From contig JBDHDE010000043.1 of assembly GCA_039591655.1 (NCBI GenBank), positions 1-23,875 of the forward strand: a stretch of 23,875 nt of DNA, in the 5' to 3' direction. The notes under the pieces are model-generated. The model was not told the origin of the DNA. It did no database searches and was given only the letters and a program-made list of their open reading frames with translations. Origin of the DNA: Gemmatimonadota bacterium (GTDB taxonomy: Bacteria > Gemmatimonadota > Gemmatimonadetes > Gemmatimonadales > GWC2-71-9). Below are positions 1 through 12,487 of this stretch, in pieces. The position numbers were made by a program, and so were the translations under genes. Every line of letters begins with the position of its first letter. Position 1 is the first letter of the stretch.

Positions 1-332
1 TAGCCTCCGTCCTCGAGCTCGGCGGCGAGCGCCCTCGCCACCGGCAGGGGATCGAGCCCAACGGCATCCGTCTTGAGCAGGATGCCGCGGTCCGCACCCA
101 TGGCCAGCGCGGTGCGCATCGTCTCCTGCGCCGCGTCGCCCCCGACTGAGACGACCACTACTTCGCCGCTCCCCGCAGCTTCCTTGAGCTTCAGCGCCTC
201 CTCGACGGCGTACTCGTCATAGGGATTGAGCGTGAACTTGACGCCGCTCTCGTCGATGGACGTCTTGTCCGCGCCGACCTTGATGCGGGCCTCGGAGTCG
301 GGGACCCGCTTCACACAGACGGCTATCTTCAC
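1..332 (-). CDS. etfB: Electron transfer flavoprotein subunit beta (3' end outside window)
   Basis: Manual translation from GTG at 332: MKIAVCVKRVPDSEARIKV...LNPYDEYAVEEALKLKE...MRTALAMGADRGILL, the classic ETF-beta N-terminus. GAGG RBS upstream. Absent from the ORF track because it runs off the window. Confidence 0.95.
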   Translation of the reverse strand, partial: MKIAVCVKRVPDSEARIKVGADKTSIDESGVKFTLNPYDEYAVEEALKLKEAAGSGEVVVVSVGGDAAQETMRTALAMGADRGILLKTDAVGLDPLPVARALAAELEDGG

Positions 333-392
333 GACGACCTCGTTGGTGAATCGGAGTTCAACGCCGCGAGCCTGCCGCGGCTCAGCGCCGGG

Positions 393-421
393 AAACTACT
401 CCGGCTCACATGGGGCCGCAA
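393..421 (-). promoter_or_regulatory. Putative sigma70 promoter for etfB
   Basis: Minus strand TTGCGG-N17-TAGTTT in the CDGSH-etfB intergenic region. Confidence 0.5.
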
Positions 422-434
422 CGCGCGGCGGGTG

Positions 435-626
435 TCACTGCTCATCATCGAAGCAGGCTGCCTTGTGCGCTCCGTCGCAGAACGGCTTAGACTGTGAGTA
501 GCCGCAGCGGCACAGCGTGTAGTTGTCCTTGTTCTTGGCCTCGATAGGGTTCCCCTCGGCGTCGGTGAGCTCCACGCCCCCGGTCACGAGATAGGGACCG
601 TTCTTGCGCACCTTGATCGTGGCCAT
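435..626 (-). CDS. CDGSH iron-sulfur ([2Fe-2S]) domain protein, 63 aa
   Basis: Motif CRCGYSQSKPFCDGAH and N-terminal IKVRKNGPYLV. Start placed at ATG 626, which follows an AAGGAG RBS, rather than 698. Confidence 0.93.
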   Translation of the reverse strand: MATIKVRKNGPYLVTGGVELTDAEGNPIEAKNKDNYTLCRCGYSQSKPFCDGAHKAACFDDEQ

Positions 627-697
627 CGCTCTCTCCTTGCTTCTTGATCGGGATTCGTCGAGCGTCGGCGTTGCCGACATCCGGCCGCCCACCCCCA

Positions 698-2476
698 TCA
701 GCTCCGGGCCATCACCCCCAACAGCCGCTCCAGCGGATACGTGTTAATCACGTCGTCCCTCGTGAGCCACGCACGCCGCGCCTGATCGACTCCGTAGCGC
801 ATCAGCGCCAGGTCGTCCACGCGGTGAGCGTCGGTGCCGAGGGAGACCTCGAGTCCGAGCTCCTTCGCCCGCATCAGATGGGTGTCCTTGAGATCCAACC
901 GATCGGGGTGGCTGTTCAGCTCCACCGCGACCCTATGCTCGGCGGCGCAGCGCATGACCTCCTCGAGATCGAAATCCATGGCGTCCCGGCGGTTGATGAG
1001 CCGCCCGGTGGGGTGCGCCAGGATGTTCACCCGGGGATGTTGCACCGCCCGGAGAACGCGCTCGGTTTGCTCCACCGCCGGGAGGTCGAACCGGGAGTGC
1101 ACCGAGGCCAGCACGATGTCCAACTCGGCCAGCAGCTCATCCTCCAGATCGAGCGTCCCGTCGGCCAGAATATCCACCTCCATCCCCCGCAGGATCCGGA
1201 TCTCGGAGTGCCGCGCCTGGATCTCGGCAATCTCCTCCCATTGTCGCCTGAGCTTGGCGGCATCCAGCCCCCCCGTCATCGCCAGCGACTTGCTGTGGTC
1301 GGTGACGGCGAAGTACTCGTAGCCGCGCCGGACGCAGCCGTCCAGCATCTCTTCGAGGGTGTTCTTCCCGTCCGACCAGGTGGAGTGCATCTGGAGATCA
1401 CCGCGGATATCCTCCAGAGCGAGGAGCGGGGGGAGCGCCCCCTGCTCGGCGGCGTCGATCTCACCGCGGTCTTCCCGGAGCTCAGGCGGAATCCACGGGA
1501 GGCCTACCGCGGAGTACACGTCCGCCTCCTCGCGCCCGGCCACGAGCCCCGCATCGCCTTCCCCGCCCGTGGAGTCGGTCGCATCACCCGCCGGCTGCTC
1601 CGGCATCTTCCCCCCCACCCGAACCACTCCGTACTCCGAGATGCTCAACCCCCGGGCCACGGCACGCTTGCGCAGCCTCACGTTGTGCTCCTTGGAGCCG
1701 GTGAAGTACTGCAGCGCGGCGCCATAGCTCTCGGGGGGGAGAATCCGGAGATCCACCTGCAGCCCCGACCGCAGCACCACCGTCACCTTGGTCTCGCCCG
1801 CGAGCTCCACCCGACTCACGTCGCCGTATGACGTGAATGCCTCCACCACGGGGCTGGGATCGGTGGCGATGGCGAGCAGATCGATGTCCCCCACCGTCTC
1901 CCGGCGGCGGCGGTGGCTGCCAGCCACCTCGAGTCGCCGGACCGTCGGCACCGCCCGCAGGTGCTCCAGCAGCGGCTCCACGTACTGGTCGGCGTCGGCC
2001 AGCTTGAAGCGGCCCGTGCGCCGACGATGGGCGGCGATGGCCCGCAGGATCTTCTCCTGGCTCTTGGCGCCGAACCCGGCGAGCTCGGCCACCCGCCCAT
2101 CGCTAGCTCCCCGCTCCAGCTGGTCGATCGTCTCGATCTCCAGCTCCTCCCACAGCTTCCGGGCGCGCTTGGCACCGACCCCGGGAAGGCGCGTGAGCTC
2201 GATCAGCGAGAGCGGGATCTCCTTGGCGAGGCCGTCCAACGTGTTGAGCCGTCCCTCGGAGACGAGCTGTGTGATGTCGGCGGCGATGCCCTTGCCGACT
2301 CCGGGCAGCTCCGTGAGGTCCGCCTTCTCCTCGATCATGCGGCGCAGCGGGGTCGAGTGCGACTCCACGATGCGTGCCGCGTTCTGATAGGCTCGGATTC
2401 GGAAGGGGTTGGCACCGATGATCTCGAGGAGGGCGGCCACATCGTCTAGAACGCGGGCGATCTCGAGATTCTCCAC
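698..2476 (-). CDS. polX: DNA polymerase X family with C-terminal PHP domain
   Basis: NPFRIRAY, HhH motifs (LPGVGK, LPGVGAK), GSHRRRRETVGDIDLL, VDLR, YFTGSKEHN; PHP motifs DLQMHS, TDHS, AHPTGR, GTDAH. Confidence 0.97.
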   Translation of the reverse strand: MENLEIARVLDDVAALLEIIGANPFRIRAYQNAARIVESHSTPLRRMIEEKADLTELPGVGKGIAADITQLVSEGRLNTLDGLAKEIPLSLIELTRLPGVGAKRARKLWEELEIETIDQLERGASDGRVAELAGFGAKSQEKILRAIAAHRRRTGRFKLADADQYVEPLLEHLRAVPTVRRLEVAGSHRRRRETVGDIDLLAIATDPSPVVEAFTSYGDVSRVELAGETKVTVVLRSGLQVDLRILPPESYGAALQYFTGSKEHNVRLRKRAVARGLSISEYGVVRVGGKMPEQPAGDATDSTGGEGDAGLVAGREEADVYSAVGLPWIPPELREDRGEIDAAEQGALPPLLALEDIRGDLQMHSTWSDGKNTLEEMLDGCVRRGYEYFAVTDHSKSLAMTGGLDAAKLRRQWEEIAEIQARHSEIRILRGMEVDILADGTLDLEDELLAELDIVLASVHSRFDLPAVEQTERVLRAVQHPRVNILAHPTGRLINRRDAMDFDLEEVMRCAAEHRVAVELNSHPDRLDLKDTHLMRAKELGLEVSLGTDAHRVDDLALMRYGVDQARRAWLTRDDVINTYPLERLLGVMARS

Positions 2477-5696
<3,220 letters not shown>

Positions 5697-5700
<4 letters not shown>

Positions 5701-6911
5701 GAGGACTTCACCAAGCGGTACACCCGCCCGCTCTGCGACAGTATGTAGAGCTCCCCCTGGGCATCCACGCCGAACGAGAGCACGCCGCCCACGCTTCCCA
5801 CTTCCCATTCGCGCTCGTCGGTGGCGCTGCCCTGGACGTAGCGGAAGCTCCGCAGCCAGCCGCTGCAATAGTCGGAGTAGAAGTAGTGGCCGACGGTCTC
5901 GGGGATCGCGCTGCCGCGGTAGACGAACCCGCCGATCACCGAGCAGCCGATGCTGCCGTTGGCGTATTCCACGGCGGGAAGCGTGAGGCCCGTCTGATCG
6001 CAGGTGGCCGCACCGAAACAGTGCAGCCCCTCCATGACGTTCCAGCCGTAGTTGCGGGCTGCGGAGTTGGCCGGGGCGACGCTCACCTCCTCCCAGGCGT
6101 TCTGACCCACGTCGGCGATGAAGATGAGCCCGGACGGCGGATCGAACGAGAAGCGCCATGGGTTTCGCAGGCCAAAGGCCCAGATCTCGTCTCGGGCGCT
6201 CCCGACCCCCACGAACGGGTTGTCGGGCGGGACGGCGTAGGGATCGCCGCCATCCACGTCGATACGCAACAGGGCGCCGAGCAGGGTCCCCAGGTCCTGT
6301 CCGCTGCCGAGGGGATCGCCGCCGCTCCCGCCGTCACCCATGCCGATGTACAGCATCCCGTCGGGCCCGAACGCCAACTGCCCACCGTTGTGGTTGGGGA
6401 ACGGCTGTTCAATGGTCAGCAGGATCTTGGCGGATCCCGGATCTGCCACGTTTGGATCGGCCGTAACGCTGTATCGCACAACCCGCGTGTCGCCGCTATT
6501 GTCGCTGTAGTTGACGTAGAAGAACCCGTTGGTCGCGTATTGCGGATGGAAGGCCATGGACAACAGGCCCCGCTCCGCGCCACCCTGTACGATGGAGTCG
6601 ATATCCAGGAACGGCGTCGCGAGCAGCTCGCCGCCCCGGACGATGCGGATGCGACCGGCCTGCTCCACCACGAACAGGCGCCCGTCGCCGGCCGGCGCCG
6701 TGAGATGGACCGGGCTGCCGAGCCCGCTGGCCACTTCCTGAACCGCCAGTTGCACGGTGGGCATGCCACCCCCGCCGTTGCCGCCGTCGCCGTCGCCGCC
6801 CCCGTTGCCGACGTCACCTCCGCCCCCGTTGCCGCCGTCGCCGAGTGGGGCAGGGGCGGTGCTGTCCCCACACGCCACGAGGATCGCCAGCGTCAACAGC
6901 AAGTGCGTCAC
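5697..6911 (-). CDS. PQQ-dependent sugar (glucose/sorbosone) dehydrogenase family lipoprotein
   Basis: ERGLLSMAFHP, NHNGGQLAFGPDGMLYIGMGDGG, GLRNPWRFSFD, DVGQNAWEEV, NYGW. Signal peptide with LVAC lipobox. GTG 6911 lies 9 nt after a GGAGGGGA RBS (GTG 6920 is an alternative). Confidence 0.92.
6767..6843 (-). repeat. Gly/Asp/Asn-rich low-complexity linker (GDGGNGGGG repeats)
   Basis: Repeated ccgttgccgccgtcgccg units on the + strand encode GDGGNGGGGDVGNGGGDGDGGNGGGG. Confidence 0.8.
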
Positions 6912-6973
6912 GATCGTCACTCCCCTCCGGGACTGCGCGGCCGCGGGCGAGCCCCAGTTCCCCGCCGGACCGC

Positions 6974-8158
6974 TCACCCCCCGAATGCGCTCATTCCGGT
7001 GACGTCGGCGCCGAGGATGAGCGTGTGGATGTCGTGGGTGCCCTCGTACGTGTAGACGCTCTCCAGATTGGCCATGTGCCGCATCGCCTGGTACTCCGCC
7101 AGGATCCCGCTGGCGCCGAGCAGACGCCGCGTCTCGCGGGCGCACTCGCACGCCATGTTGACGTTGTTCCGTTTGGCAAGGGACACCTGCTGCGGCGTGG
7201 CGGCACCGCGGTCCTTCAACCGGCCGAGTTGCAGGCAGAGGAGCTGCGCCTTGGTGATCTCCGTCAGCATCTCAGCCAGGCGCGTCTGCTGGATCTGGTA
7301 GCCGGCGATGGGCCGGTCGAACTGCACGCGGCTCTTGGCGTAGCGCAGCGCCTCCTCGTAGCAGGCCATGGCGGCTCCCACTGCCCCCCACGCGATCCCG
7401 TAGCGCGCCTGGTTGAGGCATGTGAGGGGGCTCCTGAGCCCCCCGCTGTTGGGGAGGATGTAGTCCTTGGGGATGCGCACGTCCTCCAGCACCAGCTCGC
7501 TGGTGTCGCTGGCCAGCAGCGAGAGCTTTCCTTGCTGGTCCCTCGCCGTGAACCCCCTGGCGTCGGTCGGCACGAGAAAACCCTTGATCGACTCGACGTC
7601 GTCCAAGCCTCCCGTCTTGGCCCAGACGACCGCCACGTGCGCGACCGAGCCGTTGGTGATCCACATCTTGGTGCCGTTCAGCACCCATTCGTCGCCGTCC
7701 TCGCGTGCCGTGGTGATGAGCCCGCCGGGATTCGATCCGAAGTCGGGTTCGGTGAGCCCGAAGCAGCCGATAACCTCGCCGGTCGCCATCTTGGGAAGCC
7801 ACGTCCGCCGCTGCTCCTCGGAGCCGAAGGTGTAGATCGGATACATCACCAGGGATCCCTGAACGGACGCGAACGAGCGTATCCCACTGTCGCCCCGCTC
7901 GAGCTCCTGCATGATGAGGCCGTAGGCAACATTGTTGAGCTCGGCGCAGCCGTACTCCGCAGGCAGACTGGCGCCAAAGCCACCGAGCTCCCCCATCTGT
8001 GGCACCAACTCGAGCGGGAAGGTGCGCTCTATATACCGCGAGCCGATGATCGGCATGACGGCAGCGTCCACCCAGCGGCGTACGGTGTCGCGCACCGCGC
8101 GCTCCTCCTCGCTGAGCAAAGAGTCGACGTCGTAGTAGTCCACCCCCTGGAACGGCAT
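6974..8158 (-). CDS. Acyl-CoA dehydrogenase, glutaryl-CoA dehydrogenase-like
   Basis: YGLIMQELERGDSGIRSFASVQGSLVMYPI, GCFGLTEPDFGSNPGG, KMWITNG, CLNQARYGIAWG, TYEGTHDIH (catalytic Glu). GAGGAGG RBS. Confidence 0.93.
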   Translation of the reverse strand: MPFQGVDYYDVDSLLSEEERAVRDTVRRWVDAAVMPIIGSRYIERTFPLELVPQMGELGGFGASLPAEYGCAELNNVAYGLIMQELERGDSGIRSFASVQGSLVMYPIYTFGSEEQRRTWLPKMATGEVIGCFGLTEPDFGSNPGGLITTAREDGDEWVLNGTKMWITNGSVAHVAVVWAKTGGLDDVESIKGFLVPTDARGFTARDQQGKLSLLASDTSELVLEDVRIPKDYILPNSGGLRSPLTCLNQARYGIAWGAVGAAMACYEEALRYAKSRVQFDRPIAGYQIQQTRLAEMLTEITKAQLLCLQLGRLKDRGAATPQQVSLAKRNNVNMACECARETRRLLGASGILAEYQAMRHMANLESVYTYEGTHDIHTLILGADVTGMSAFGG

Positions 8159-8182
8159 TCAGTCTTCCTCCTCTCGGGCCCG

Positions 8183-8890
8183 TCAGGCCGGGCGCGGCTG
8201 CGCCCGCACGTCTCGCATCGCCACCGGCTCCACTCCCACTTCCCGCGCCTTGCGGCGAAAGCCGGGCCCGTGGTCCGCCTCCTGTCCCGACTCGACCTGC
8301 CACTGATGCACCATCTCGTGCAGCAGCGTGTGCATCACCTCCTCCCAGCCGTCGTGCTCGACGTGTTGCCGGGAGACGGCAATCTCCAGCGGTTGATGGC
8401 CCCCGGGATCCACGGTGAGCTCACCCAGGCGGGTGCGCATCCGTCTCGAGAGACGGATGGGAACCGGCCCGAGCGTTCCGCCGAAGTGGCGCCGGTTGAG
8501 CTCCTCGTGCAGGGCCCGGAGCCGGCCGAGCACGGAGCGGTCGCCGGGCCGCACGCGCTCGGGTCGGCGCCGCCGCCTACCGGGCCCCAGGAAGTCGTCC
8601 GTCGGGAAGGCGACGATCGCCTGCTCCGCGCGTCGCTGCTCGCCGGCCTGCGCCTCCGGATGGGCGAACACCACGAGCGCCTGCAGGATCCGATCAGGGG
8701 CATAGGCGAACCCCCGGTGGAGCCGCAGCGCCCCTTGTTTCGTAATGCTCACCAGGACTGTGCGATTCTCGTGGATCTCGACCGGGCGTTCGCCCCCGAG
8801 GCCGACTTCGCTGAGGCGCCGCAGCAGGAGCACCTCGTCGGCCTCTCGGGCGACGGCCTCAGCCCACGCCCGTCGCGACTTCCTGGGCAC
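8183..8890 (-). CDS. SprT-like zinc metalloprotease domain protein (start uncertain)
   Basis: LNRRHFGGTL, SRRMRTRLG, TLLHEMVHQWQ (HExxH), HGPGFR. Confidence 0.85.
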   Translation of the reverse strand: MPRKSRRAWAEAVAREADEVLLLRRLSEVGLGGERPVEIHENRTVLVSITKQGALRLHRGFAYAPDRILQALVVFAHPEAQAGEQRRAEQAIVAFPTDDFLGPGRRRRRPERVRPGDRSVLGRLRALHEELNRRHFGGTLGPVPIRLSRRMRTRLGELTVDPGGHQPLEIAVSRQHVEHDGWEEVMHTLLHEMVHQWQVESGQEADHGPGFRRKAREVGVEPVAMRDVRAQPRPA

Positions 8891-9716
8891 GGGCTCTCGC
8901 AGGGCGAGGGAACGCGTGGACGTCTGAGCGCTTGAACAGGCGGCGGTCGGCTTCCCAGCGGTACAGCTCGACGCGGATGGCGGACTCCTCCACCACCACG
9001 CGATTGAACACGGACGGACGATCGCCCCGGGAGCGGGTGGAGAGCGTCCCGGCCGTCGAGATCACCACACGGCCGTCCAGCACGTCCGCATTCTCCTGAT
9101 GGTCGTGGCCGCACAGTACGAGGTCGGCGCCCGACTCCAGAATGCGCCGCTGAGCCTGCCTCCACCGTGCCAGCCCCATCCGCTTCGAGATGTCCCCCCG
9201 CAGCACGTTGTGGTGCAGTACCAGGACGCGCACCTGGTCCGGTGCGGCAGCGGAGAACACCTGCCGGGCGCGCTCAATCTGCGCCTTCGGTAGATGTCCC
9301 TTCACCGCGATGTCCCGCAGCCGCCAGGTGAGCGAGCCCCACGCCACTCCATGCGATGTCAGGGCGCTGGTGACCACCGCCTCGGGAATTTTGAGTGTCG
9401 GGGCGAGCACCGGACCGAAGTACCGGGTGTACTTGCGGTACTTGATCTGGGAGCTGAACGGGATGAACGGCCGCCACCACCACTGCACATCGTGATTCCC
9501 GGGGATCACTAACACCGGCGCGGTGCGCTCCAGCTCCCGCGCGAGTGACTTGGCCGCCTGGTATTCCCCGTGACGGCTCCGCTGGGTGAGATCCCCCGAT
9601 AGCACGATGAGCCGTGGTTCCAGATCGGGGACCAACTCCTCGACGGCCTCGACCTGGCCGACGTCGGCAACCCCGCCAAAATGGATATCGGAGAGGTGGA
9701 CAATAGAGAACGTCAC
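8859..9716 (-). CDS. Calcineurin-like metallophosphoesterase
   Basis: Motifs HLSDIH, SGDLT, PGNHD, LHHN, CGHDH. Confidence 0.92.
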   Translation of the reverse strand: MTFSIVHLSDIHFGGVADVGQVEAVEELVPDLEPRLIVLSGDLTQRSRHGEYQAAKSLARELERTAPVLVIPGNHDVQWWWRPFIPFSSQIKYRKYTRYFGPVLAPTLKIPEAVVTSALTSHGVAWGSLTWRLRDIAVKGHLPKAQIERARQVFSAAAPDQVRVLVLHHNVLRGDISKRMGLARWRQAQRRILESGADLVLCGHDHQENADVLDGRVVISTAGTLSTRSRGDRPSVFNRVVVEESAIRVELYRWEADRRLFKRSDVHAFPRPARARAQEVATGVG

Positions 9717-9729
9717 GAGCGCTCCCGCC

Positions 9730-9999
9730 TCACTTCAAGTACTCCCGCAAGATCCGCTTCACCACCAAGTACGTCAGCAAGTACCAGATGCCGATCGACA
9801 TCGCACCCACCAGCCGCGCGGTTCGCTCCTCGGGCATCTGCAGCAGTACGTAGATGGCCAGCCCGACGGTGGAGATCAAGGCCACCAGCCGCCCGATCCG
9901 TCCCGCCCGCCGCTCGATGCTCGTCCGGCACGCCCCACAGATCTCGCCCAGGGGCAGCTCGACCGGCTGGCGACACCGGGGGCACTCGTGCTCAGTCAA
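9730..9999 (-). CDS. Small protein with CxxC-x10-CxxC zinc ribbon and two TM helices
   Basis: From TTG 9999, overlapping the icd stop: MTEHECPRCRQPVELPLGEICGACR, then two hydrophobic stretches. Fills the gap between neighbours. Confidence 0.7.
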   Translation of the reverse strand: MTEHECPRCRQPVELPLGEICGACRTSIERRAGRIGRLVALISTVGLAIYVLLQMPEERTARLVGAMSIGIWYLLTYLVVKRILREYLK

Positions 10000-11011
10000 G
10001 ACGCCGTATAACGGCGTCCGTGAATCCCATCGTCGTAGCATCACCCTTGAGATCGGGCGTCAGCTCGCTGCCGTCCTGGAACGTCAGCTCCAGCGCTCGG
10101 CGGATGCGCGTCGCGGCCGCCGCCTCGTCCAGGTGGTCGAGCATCAGGCAAGCCGCGAGCAGCAGCGCCGAGGGGTTCGCTAAGCCCCTGCCCGCAATGT
10201 CGGGGGCCGAGCCGTGCACCGCCTCGAACAGCGCTGCCCGCTCGCCGATGTTGGCTCCGGGGGCAAGGCCCAATCCACCAACCAGCCCGGCGATCTCGTC
10301 GCTCAGGATATCGCCGAACATGTTGGTGGTCACGATCACGTCGAACTGAGTCGGATCGAGAACGAGCTTCATGGCGGCGGCGTCGATGATCACGTCGTCC
10401 GCGGCGATCCGGCCCTCGTACTCCCGGGAGACGTCCCGCGCCACCTCGAGGAACAAGCCGCTGGTGGCTTTGAGGATATTCGCCTTGTGGCAGACCGTCA
10501 CCTTCCTCCGGCCATGGCGCACCGCGTAGTCGAACGCGAACCGCGCGATGCGCTCGCACCCGCTGCGCGTCAAAACGGCGACGGACTGCGCCACTGCTTT
10601 CGGGTCGCCTCCCATCGGGATGGTCGCCTCGAACCCGATATAGAGTCCCTCTGTGTTCTCCCGCACCAGCACGATGTCCACGTCCTCGAAGCGTCCGCCC
10701 GGAACGATCGTCTTGGCGGGCCGCACGTTGGCGTAGAGATCGAACTCCCGCCGCAGGGCAACGTTCACCGACCGAAACCCCGTGCCCACGGGGGTGGAAA
10801 GCGGGCCCTTGAGGGCGACCCGCGTGTGCCGGAGGCTCTCGATGGTGGCGTCGGGCAGCGGTGTGCCGGTTTCCTCGAGGGCAGATACCCCGGCAAGGTG
10901 CTCATCCCACGCCAAGGCCACCCCGGCCGCGTCGAGCACCCTCAGCACGGCCGCAGTGATCTCCGGCCCGATGCCATCACCGGGAATGAGGGTGACGCGG
11001 TGCGTCGTCAC
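9992..11011 (-). CDS. icd: Isocitrate/isopropylmalate dehydrogenase family, probably NAD-dependent isocitrate dehydrogenase
   Basis: LIPGDGIGPEI, GFRSVNVALRREFDLYANVRP (SxNxxxR, isocitrate type), RENTEGLY, HKANILK, NMFGDILSD, HGSAPDIAG (Asp, NAD type). GTGA overlap start at 11011. Confidence 0.88.
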   Translation of the reverse strand: MTTHRVTLIPGDGIGPEITAAVLRVLDAAGVALAWDEHLAGVSALEETGTPLPDATIESLRHTRVALKGPLSTPVGTGFRSVNVALRREFDLYANVRPAKTIVPGGRFEDVDIVLVRENTEGLYIGFEATIPMGGDPKAVAQSVAVLTRSGCERIARFAFDYAVRHGRRKVTVCHKANILKATSGLFLEVARDVSREYEGRIAADDVIIDAAAMKLVLDPTQFDVIVTTNMFGDILSDEIAGLVGGLGLAPGANIGERAALFEAVHGSAPDIAGRGLANPSALLLAACLMLDHLDEAAAATRIRRALELTFQDGSELTPDLKGDATTMGFTDAVIRRLD

Positions 11012-11637
11012 GGCAGCCCGGGCACCAGAGAGGTGAGAGCCTCCCATAGCGCGCTGCGGGGATCCTCCCCTTCACCCCTGGCGATGGTGCGCCACCCGAC
11101 CTGGCCGTTGCGCACGTCCACCAGCACCACCACGAGCTCCGCCCGGGCCATGCCTTCCTCTTCTGTGGCGAAGTACGCGAGGACCGTCGGTACGAAGGCG
11201 TATCGGTCACCCACCACGCCCGTGAGGTTGCGCATCTGGCTCCGCAGCGGGTCGGGGACGCGAACGATCTCCTGTCCCCGCAGCACCGACGTACCCATCT
11301 TGTCCGGATCGGAGAGGATGCCGGGTGCCTGACCCGCGGCGCGACGGAGCGCATCGGGGAGGATCCACTCCACCTCGGGCGCTCGCTCGGTGAGAAACTG
11401 CGCGATCATGCTGTCGGCCACCTCGAGCGCCTCATCCCGGGGGCGCAGGGAGTCCTCCCAGTCCAGCTCCCGCTCGGCGGCGATGAGTGTGAGGGGATAG
11501 AGCGCAACCGGCTGGCTCGCGATCCCCACCGTGGGTAGCGGCGAGACCTCGGGCTCGACGGGCTCTTCCGGTTCCGACTTTGCGCATCCGGCGACCAGAG
11601 CCGCCGCCAGCAGCATGAGGGTCAGGTGTCGCGCCAC
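11008..11637 (-). CDS. Hypothetical lipoprotein
   Basis: MARHLTLMLLAAALVAGC signal peptide with lipobox and a Pro/Glu linker. Overlaps both neighbours. Confidence 0.8.
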   Translation of the reverse strand: MARHLTLMLLAAALVAGCAKSEPEEPVEPEVSPLPTVGIASQPVALYPLTLIAAERELDWEDSLRPRDEALEVADSMIAQFLTERAPEVEWILPDALRRAAGQAPGILSDPDKMGTSVLRGQEIVRVPDPLRSQMRNLTGVVGDRYAFVPTVLAYFATEEEGMARAELVVVLVDVRNGQVGWRTIARGEGEDPRSALWEALTSLVPGLP

Positions 11638-12389
11638 TTCGGCTCTCGCTTCTCGAGGAAGGATTGAATGCCCTCGTGCGCGTCCTCGAGGGCCATCAGC
11701 TCGCGGAGGTAGAGGTTCTCGGCCTTGAAGAGCGCCTCCTCGTATGCCGCGTAGTAGGACTCCATCTGCGCCCGCTTCGCCAGCATCAAGACCGGCCCCG
11801 ACTTGCTGGTGAGCTGTCCGACGAGCTCATCCAACCCCTGCTCGAACTCGTCCTTCGGGAACACCCGGTTGACCAGGCCGTACGACTCCAGCTCCCGGGC
11901 CGAGACCTGCTCGCCGGTGAGGATCCACTCCATGGCCTTGCGCCGAGGCGCCGCCCGAGGCAACACCACGCAGGCCAGCGGCGGAAAGACTCCCAGCTTG
12001 ATCTCCGGCACGGCGAACCGGGCGGACTCCGTGGCAACCACCAGGTTGCAGCCGATGGCCAGCTCGAACCCGCCGCCGAGGGCGTGGCCGTCCACGGCGG
12101 CGACGGCGACGACGTCCAGCAGCCGGATCGTCTCGAAGATCCGATGGAACACCTGGATCATGCGCGAGACCTTGTCCCGGGTGTGGTCCGCGACATCGAC
12201 CCCGGCGCAGAACGCCTTGCCCTTGCCACGGATCACCAGAACCTTGATCTCCGGGTGACTCTTGATCTCGAGCAACGCTTCGTTCACCCGCTCCATCATC
12301 TCTATGTTGAGCACGTTGAGAGGCGGGCGGTTCAATGTCAGCGTCGCGACGCTTTCCTTAAACGTGAGTTCGACGAGGTCGTTCGACAC
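11622..12389 (-). CDS. Enoyl-CoA hydratase/isomerase (crotonase) family, dienoyl-CoA hydratase-like
   Basis: LTLNRPPLNVL, AFCAGVDV, ALGGGFEL, PEIKLGVFPP, EGIQSFLEKREP. GTG 12389 follows a GGAGG RBS. Confidence 0.9.
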   Translation of the reverse strand: MSNDLVELTFKESVATLTLNRPPLNVLNIEMMERVNEALLEIKSHPEIKVLVIRGKGKAFCAGVDVADHTRDKVSRMIQVFHRIFETIRLLDVVAVAAVDGHALGGGFELAIGCNLVVATESARFAVPEIKLGVFPPLACVVLPRAAPRRKAMEWILTGEQVSARELESYGLVNRVFPKDEFEQGLDELVGQLTSKSGPVLMLAKRAQMESYYAAYEEALFKAENLYLRELMALEDAHEGIQSFLEKREPKWRDT

Positions 12390-12487
12390 CCCCGAATCCT
12401 CCCCAGCAGTTGGCGTCTGATTCCGGGTGGCCGGTCGCCACCGGTCCACCCCATCCCAGGCGTCGGTCAGTTGTCAGGGTGTTGGGC

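Noticed and set aside
1382..1399. Possibly inactive PHP domain (QxH instead of HxH)
   Set aside because: QxH occurs in active PolX-PHP enzymes such as Thermus thermophilus PolX, and the other metal ligands are intact.
1547..1619. Acidic Gly-rich insertion in PolX as a possible intein or mobile insert
   Set aside because: Only about 24 aa, low complexity and without intein terminal motifs; likely a surface loop.
6845..8935. 696-aa plus-strand ORF, and similar ORFs at 644-1831, 5886-7055 and 10214-11332
   Set aside because: Antisense shadows of well-supported minus-strand genes; stop-poor frames are expected at this GC content.
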